This document shows, piece by piece, positions 58,808 to 64,000 of a stretch of DNA of 64,000 nucleotides. The DNA lies in assembly GCA_958296135.2 (NCBI GenBank), contig CATQHZ020000001.1, forward strand, positions 1,760,001 to 1,824,000, given 5' to 3'. Under the pieces are notes generated by a model. It did no database searches and was not told the DNA's origin. It saw only the letters and a list, made by a program, of their open reading frames with translations. Numbering within the stretch: the first letter of the stretch is position 1; each line of letters opens with the position of its first letter. The translations under genes and the position numbers were made by a program. Source of the DNA: an uncultured Poribacteria bacterium. GTDB taxonomy: Bacteria; Poribacteria; WGA-4E; WGA-3G.

Positions 58808-59479
58808 GTGCTTGTTACTGGGATTATTCTTGCAGGCGGGAGAAGCCGGCGGATGGGGCAGAATAAGGCGTTGCTGCAGCTCGGGTCTGAAACGCTCATC
58901 GAGCATGTTATCCATCGTCTGATAGGCGTTACGGATGAACGGCTGCTTATCACCAATAGTCCCGAAGAATATGTGCACCTGAATCTCCCGATGCACGGCG
59001 ATATTCTTCCGAATGCAGGCGCGTTAGGGGGCATTCACGCAGGTTTAACGTATGCCTCGCATGAGACAGTATTATGCGTTGCATGCGATAGTCCTTTCTT
59101 ACAACCTGCGCTCCTCACTTATCTGATTTCCGCGATGGAAACGGAGGATGCTGTCGTTCCTTACACCGAAACCCAAGAACCGAACGTAGGGAGGGTGCCT
59201 GTCCTACACCCTGCCACCCTAGCCGCAAACACCACCTCGCGAACAACCAAAAAATTCCAGACGTTGTGCGCAGTCTACTCCAAACGCTGTCTGCCAGTCA
59301 TAGAGCAAATGCTGGCAGACTCGGAGTTGCGCGTGCATGAACTCTATCGGCGTATCCGATGCCGGGAAGTTCCTCCGGCGATATGGCAAACGTTTGATGC
59401 AGAAGGCGTGTCATTTTTCAATGTGAACACACCGGCAGATTTTGAACGCGCCAAGAGGGAACAGGATTTTAGGATTTAG
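58808..59479 (+). CDS. mobA: Molybdenum cofactor guanylyltransferase
   Basis: ILAGGRSRRMGQNKA, GALGGI, ACDSP, FFNVNTP.D. Confidence 0.9.
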   Translation: MLVTGIILAGGRSRRMGQNKALLQLGSETLIEHVIHRLIGVTDERLLITNSPEEYVHLNLPMHGDILPNAGALGGIHAGLTYASHETVLCVACDSPFLQPALLTYLISAMETEDAVVPYTETQEPNVGRVPVLHPATLAANTTSRTTKKFQTLCAVYSKRCLPVIEQMLADSELRVHELYRRIRCREVPPAIWQTFDAEGVSFFNVNTPADFERAKREQDFRI

Positions 59480-59592
59480 CAGGGTCGCGTTTGATGTATC
59501 TGTTCAGGATGCACCTGGGGGGTGGTTTTTCTGCAAGATGCCTCATGTCGCCATTCCGTTCTCTTCTCTGATGCAGCCGCCCGAAAAAAGTT

Positions 59593-59621
59593 TTGACATT
59601 TGCCGCGAATTATGCTATAAT
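59593..59621 (+). promoter_or_regulatory. Consensus sigma70 promoter
   Basis: TTGACA-17 nt-TATAAT with extended TG. Confidence 0.85.
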
Positions 59622-59667
59622 TTTTACCGGTTGCAACGTTTTTGAGATTCACGGAGTTAGGAGGAAC

Positions 59668-60186
59668 ATGCAAGGATTCGTTAACCGCCTTCGACATTGG
59701 GATACACTCCTGTTCCATCGGATTTTTGGATGGAACGGACGCAGATACCTTGACACGGTTATGTTCAGCGTATCGCGCAGTGCTGATGGGCATCTCTATA
59801 TTCTTATCGCGGGATACCTGCTGCTGTTTGAAAGCACGCTTTTCGTCACAGCCGCTGTGGCGTTCGCGTTGGAGCGTTCACTTTATTGGACGCTGAAGCG
59901 CGCCTTCAAACGGCAACGCCCCTGCAACCAACTTGAAGATGTCCAATTCTTGGTGGCACCGCCGGACCTATTCAGTTTTCCATCGGGACATACGGCGGCG
60001 GCGTTTGCGATGATGACGTTGCTAATGCAGCTTTTCCCGGCATACCGGCTGCCGATGCAGCTGTGGGCGACGACGGTGGGGTTCTCGCGCGTCTACCTCG
60101 GGAACCACTATCCTACGGATGTTATCGCAGGCGCGATGCTGGGCAGTCTGTGTGCGAAAATCGGTATCGCTTTTGTGTGGCTTTAA
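59668..60186 (+). CDS. PAP2 family phosphatase
   Basis: K...RQRP, SFPSGH, SRVYLGNHYPTD; AGGAGG SD. Confidence 0.9.
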   Translation: MQGFVNRLRHWDTLLFHRIFGWNGRRYLDTVMFSVSRSADGHLYILIAGYLLLFESTLFVTAAVAFALERSLYWTLKRAFKRQRPCNQLEDVQFLVAPPDLFSFPSGHTAAAFAMMTLLMQLFPAYRLPMQLWATTVGFSRVYLGNHYPTDVIAGAMLGSLCAKIGIAFVWL

Positions 60187-62576
60187 CGTTTCTGGGACTC
60201 TATCCATTTCACGGAAAAGTGGAGCAGGTTTTCGATGAACCTGGCGTTGGCTGCTACGTCGTCTTCGGTTTGATTTTTGAGGCTGGTGACGATGTATAAC
60301 CCGTGCTGAAAGGGGAGTAGCAGCAAGGGGGAGGCTCCGTCGACATGGCTTTTTGCGAGGGATGTCCATTTACCGAGCGGATCCAACCACATATCATCAA
60401 GGCGAAGGGCTGCGCTGTCCCCATCGGCGGGGGTAACAGTCACCGCGTTCGGCACCGCGTTCGGCGCGTGGAAAATGCCTGCGCGTTTGCCGCGGGCCGT
60501 CGGTATGAGCTCGGACGTTTCGTCGCATTCAATCCCTGTCAGGGGCTCGGGAATCCAGCCGGTGCCGCGTCGCTGTTTGTAGTTGGCTTTCACGTCCTGC
60601 CCAGAGACGATGACAACGCCGCCTTGGCCGACAAAGTGCTTAATCCGATGTTCGGTGTCAATGTTGAGACGGTAGCCGGCTTTGTAGATTTCGCCGTAAC
60701 CTATCCACAAAATATGGGTTTTGGCGAGCCTGTCTGTGCGTAAATCTTGCACGGCGGTGTAAAGGAGATGATGCTGGCGTATGTATTCAAAGCGTTCCAG
60801 GACAGGGAACTCGGCCGTGGTGACGTTGCCGGTGAGTGCCATGACTTTGAGGGGCAAGGGTGTCGTGTATCTGTGCGACTGAGGGATGAAGCGAAGAGTA
60901 GGGAATGCATGGCGGATGAAGCGCAGCACGGCGGGGAAGCGGCCGTTCCCGTTCGGGGTGGGCCTGGGGTAAACAATGGGTGCCAGGAGGGTTTGCTGCC
61001 ACGGGCCTCTGCGATGTAACTGTTGAAGGAAGGTAGCGTATGTGGCTACTCGTGCGCGGGCAAAGGGAGACAGCCGCGGTTGGATGGAGAGTCCGGGACG
61101 CAGGGAGGACTCACTGCGAGAAAACGCTGTCTCAACATCCCACCGTCTGCCGTAACTGGCATCGATAGTCTTCAGATCGATGCGTTCTTCGTTGACGTTG
61201 GTGACATATCCGTGAACGACGTTCATCCCATGAATGGGTTTTCCGGCTTTGTCGGTAATGGCGATGTCTTCGGTATCGCGCTGAGCCAAGATGGCATCGG
61301 TGAGTCCGGTTAAACTGAACAATTCCGGTTGATATTTCTCGGCACTTTCGACAATGGTGCAGGTGCTGCGCGGGAACACGATATCGGCATGACGAAAGGA
61401 ACGAAAGCGGAACCCGATTTTTTTGTAGTCTTTGGGAGTCAGCGGGACGCGCGTGGCGACTTTTTCAAATGGCTCCAGCCGACGATTCGCCGATGGAGGC
61501 AGACGAAGCCGCTGCACACTGAAGGCGTGGATGTGATATTTAAATTCATAATTCTTCTCCCATTTCGGTGCATCCTCCTGAAGGGTGATGCGTCCGAGTT
61601 GGATGGAATAGGGGGTGTTGTTCTCAAATATCACCTCGTAACCTTCCGCATCGTTTCCTTCCATGCGGCAGCGGAGCCCTCTGTCATCGCGGTAATTCAC
61701 CTGTTCCACCTTGTGCGCATGCTTGTGCAGATAGCCCCATTCGTCCTTGTAACCGTTGTTATCTTTATCTTTGACATCCATGAGGGCGATGTGTTTCTCG
61801 TTGTAATCTTTGAGGATGGCGGTGTATTCGCCAGCGTGGGTTCGGACTTTGACGCGGGTGCCGATGAGGCGTTCAATGAGGCGTTCATAACTCTCCTGCT
61901 CCAAGTACGCGGCTGATTCGTCGCCGAGGCTGTCAAGTCGCTTATCGATGCCTTCCACCTCTTGTTGTTGGAGCACTTGATTATAGCGTCCCATGCGCGG
62001 GGTAACGCTCTGACGGATGCTCGTCCAAGCCATGCTGATTGCGTCTTCCACAGCCCCTCTGAGCGCGATGAAGGTATTTCGGATTTTCCGTCCTATCCGA
62101 TAAATGAGGGGTGGATGATAGACGCGTTCGAGCTCCCAAACCCGTTCGCGCAGTTCGCGTTCATTCATCGCGTCGTGGTAGCGGATGTATGCAACGATAC
62201 CCTGGTCGCGTTCTGCATTGGAAAAGATATAGCTGGGGGCGTGCCCGCGCTGGCGGGATTCTTCGGAGACGATTTCAAGCCCGGTGAATTCAAGTCGCAT
62301 GGTGCCGCGGTACCGTCGTCCATCTTTCATCTCAAAAACGACGTATTTGTCCAGCAGCTTCTTGAGCAGCGTATCCTTCTTAAAGAGTTTGATGAGATAC
62401 CCGATGCTGGCGACAAGAAACACAATGAGGATGGACACAAGGTAGAGTTGCGAGTTTGCCCAGAGACTTTTCCCTTGTTTCACCGCTTCTTCAACGACGT
62501 TTGAATCCTGGCCCATCGCGTTGGGAAGGAGGATAAAGAGTAGCGTCCATAGAGAAATGAGATATTTTCGTCGCAT
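60183..62576 (-). CDS. Membrane-anchored hypothetical protein with Sm-like segments and a C-terminal GATase1/ThuA-like domain
   Basis: Signal peptide plus TM; LKKLLDKYVVFEMKDGRRYRG; LIERLIGTRVKV; IKHFVGQGGVVIVSGQD. Confidence 0.55.
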   Translation of the reverse strand: MRRKYLISLWTLLFILLPNAMGQDSNVVEEAVKQGKSLWANSQLYLVSILIVFLVASIGYLIKLFKKDTLLKKLLDKYVVFEMKDGRRYRGTMRLEFTGLEIVSEESRQRGHAPSYIFSNAERDQGIVAYIRYHDAMNERELRERVWELERVYHPPLIYRIGRKIRNTFIALRGAVEDAISMAWTSIRQSVTPRMGRYNQVLQQQEVEGIDKRLDSLGDESAAYLEQESYERLIERLIGTRVKVRTHAGEYTAILKDYNEKHIALMDVKDKDNNGYKDEWGYLHKHAHKVEQVNYRDDRGLRCRMEGNDAEGYEVIFENNTPYSIQLGRITLQEDAPKWEKNYEFKYHIHAFSVQRLRLPPSANRRLEPFEKVATRVPLTPKDYKKIGFRFRSFRHADIVFPRSTCTIVESAEKYQPELFSLTGLTDAILAQRDTEDIAITDKAGKPIHGMNVVHGYVTNVNEERIDLKTIDASYGRRWDVETAFSRSESSLRPGLSIQPRLSPFARARVATYATFLQQLHRRGPWQQTLLAPIVYPRPTPNGNGRFPAVLRFIRHAFPTLRFIPQSHRYTTPLPLKVMALTGNVTTAEFPVLERFEYIRQHHLLYTAVQDLRTDRLAKTHILWIGYGEIYKAGYRLNIDTEHRIKHFVGQGGVVIVSGQDVKANYKQRRGTGWIPEPLTGIECDETSELIPTARGKRAGIFHAPNAVPNAVTVTPADGDSAALRLDDMWLDPLGKWTSLAKSHVDGASPLLLLPFQHGLYIVTSLKNQTEDDVAANARFIENLLHFSVKWIESQKR

Positions 62577-62588
62577 GGGAAACCTCTC

Positions 62589-63449
62589 CTACTGAATTTG
62601 CACGCCGTTTTCGGCGGCAATCTGCCGCACGTTCGCCGCGGCGAGCGGAATTTTTTCCACAGGTAGATGTTCTATCAACCCGTAGCCGTCCGGATACATC
62701 GCGTCAAACCGTTTTAGGGCGACACCGAGTTCAAGTTCGCCTTCACCGGGGACTTCTTCGTCCAGATGGAGGACAAGTCCGTTTTGAACGCGGATGTCCT
62801 TGATGTGTGCCATCGGCGCGACCGGTCCCATGACATCGAAAATGTGGTTGAGTCGCGCTGCGCTGTCATAAACCTGCCGCAATGTCTGGAAATGGTTGAC
62901 AAAATCCATGACGATACGGAGCCGCGCCGAACCGACGCGTTCCACCACATCCCGGCAGGTCTCGGGCGAATCCATGATGGAGACGGCGTGTGTCTCCATA
63001 ACGAGCGTTAATTCGTGGCGTTCGGCTTGTTCGGCTATCGGTTTCAGCGTCTCAATGAGCCGCGTCATCGATTCAGACAAATAGTTGTCGCGATGCGATG
63101 TCCATGCGCCATCAGGGTTGAGACTGCCGGGCCGGAACAGATAGTGCTGCGCGCCGAGGGCTGCCGCGGTTGGCATGCCGCGCACGACGCTGGTAACAGC
63201 GGCTTCGCGAATGGCCGCGTCCGGATGAAAGAGGCACTCATCGTAAGTGATACCGAATTGAACTAGAGCGAGCTGAGCCGCTGCAAACAATTCAACACAT
63301 CGCGACACAGCATCCGGCGAAACGTTCGGGATGTCCGTGCTGCGGAAGTGGAAACTCGCGCCTGTAAAATCCAGCGCGTTGATTTGTGATAGTTCTTCAG
63401 CGGTAACGGTGCGAAAATCACTGCACATACCAACAACACCGAGTCTCAT
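62589..63449 (-). CDS. Sugar phosphate isomerase/epimerase (AP endonuclease 2 TIM barrel)
   Basis: METH, MDFVN, HIKD, PGEG, LIEH. Confidence 0.85.
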   Translation of the reverse strand: MRLGVVGMCSDFRTVTAEELSQINALDFTGASFHFRSTDIPNVSPDAVSRCVELFAAAQLALVQFGITYDECLFHPDAAIREAAVTSVVRGMPTAAALGAQHYLFRPGSLNPDGAWTSHRDNYLSESMTRLIETLKPIAEQAERHELTLVMETHAVSIMDSPETCRDVVERVGSARLRIVMDFVNHFQTLRQVYDSAARLNHIFDVMGPVAPMAHIKDIRVQNGLVLHLDEEVPGEGELELGVALKRFDAMYPDGYGLIEHLPVEKIPLAAANVRQIAAENGVQIQ

Positions 63450-63479
63450 AGGGTTTTCCTCCGTAATCGGGCCAATTCA

Positions 63480-64000
63480 CTATGCCTCTAACAACTGCTT
63501 GGCTACCTTCAAGTCCGGTGTATCCAACCCTTCGGTGAACCAGTCAACTATGGGCTTGAGGCGCAAGTGGATTTCGGTGGCGGGTTTCCCTTGTGCCTGA
63601 TACAATTGGCTTAAACTGATGGCCGCTCGCAATTCCCAGTATTTCGCGCCTTGTGCGCGGGCAACAGTCAAGGCTTTCTCAAAGGATGCCGCTGCCTCAG
63701 CGGATTTTTCGTCGTTTGCACTGCGGTGTTCATGCTCTTCTGGGGTTTCAAGTCCAGCGTTTGGGTTATGACGCTTTGCGCGATACAAAGTGCCTTTGCG
63801 CCTGTAGAGTTCGGCCAAGTAGGCACGTTCGCCTGTCTTCTTGACAACGTCTATCGCGGAATCAAGCGTCTGCAGTGCCACGTCAGGATGTCTGTCGCGA
63901 TGATAGGCATCAGCAAGTAGCGCAAGGAAGAAGGGCATGAGCACTTCAGCACGCATCGTCTTCCATTTCTCAATGCCTTTCTGTATCATGGCTATTCCTT
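63480..64000 (-). CDS. C-terminal TPR region of a probable adenylate cyclase/ATPase (STAND-like) protein, 5'-truncated
   Basis: AELYRRKG, ARAQGAKYWELRAAISL, WFTEGLDTPDL..AK.LL. Confidence 0.7.
   Translation of the reverse strand, partial: GIAMIQKGIEKWKTMRAEVLMPFFLALLADAYHRDRHPDVALQTLDSAIDVVKKTGERAYLAELYRRKGTLYRAKRHNPNAGLETPEEHEHRSANDEKSAEAAASFEKALTVARAQGAKYWELRAAISLSQLYQAQGKPATEIHLRLKPIVDWFTEGLDTPDLKVAKQLLEA

Noticed and set aside
1-64000. rRNA, tRNA, prophage, transposase or RAYT genes
   Set aside because: No recognisable signatures by eye; a tRNAscan-SE/Infernal run would be needed to exclude small RNAs fully.

Overview
A moderately GC-rich bacterial chromosomal window. Its gene content strongly suggests Candidatus Poribacteria (a sponge symbiont); this is an inference from four PhyH dioxygenases, five Gfo/Idh/MocA oxidoreductases, LamG proteins ending in KLATTWGxLKR, a secreted WD40-dockerin-FlgD/T9SS-like protein, a sulfatase and a DUF1501 protein. 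There are about 50 CDS, mostly catabolic, plus housekeeping genes (rsgA, an infA paralog, rsmD, mutL, mobA) and three probable defence or DNA-modification loci. I found no rRNA, tRNA, CRISPR array or transposase. Two things stand out. (1) A co-oriented minus-strand locus at 8.3-12.1 kb reads infA paralog, rsgA, GNAT, micro-ORFs, then a sigma70-region-4-only protein. It contains two unannotated leader ORFs with near-identical strong RBSs and switchable RNA structures, and a 32-bp element shared by the infA and micro-ORF upstream regions. (2) There is a rich set of GTAG/GTAA REP-like palindromes. It includes a 50-bp cassette nested precisely in the REP loop, a CTAGGAACAACAAAAA element that abuts start codons, and repeat-derived in-frame insertions inside several proteins. 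All calls come from reading motifs by eye; no database search was run.
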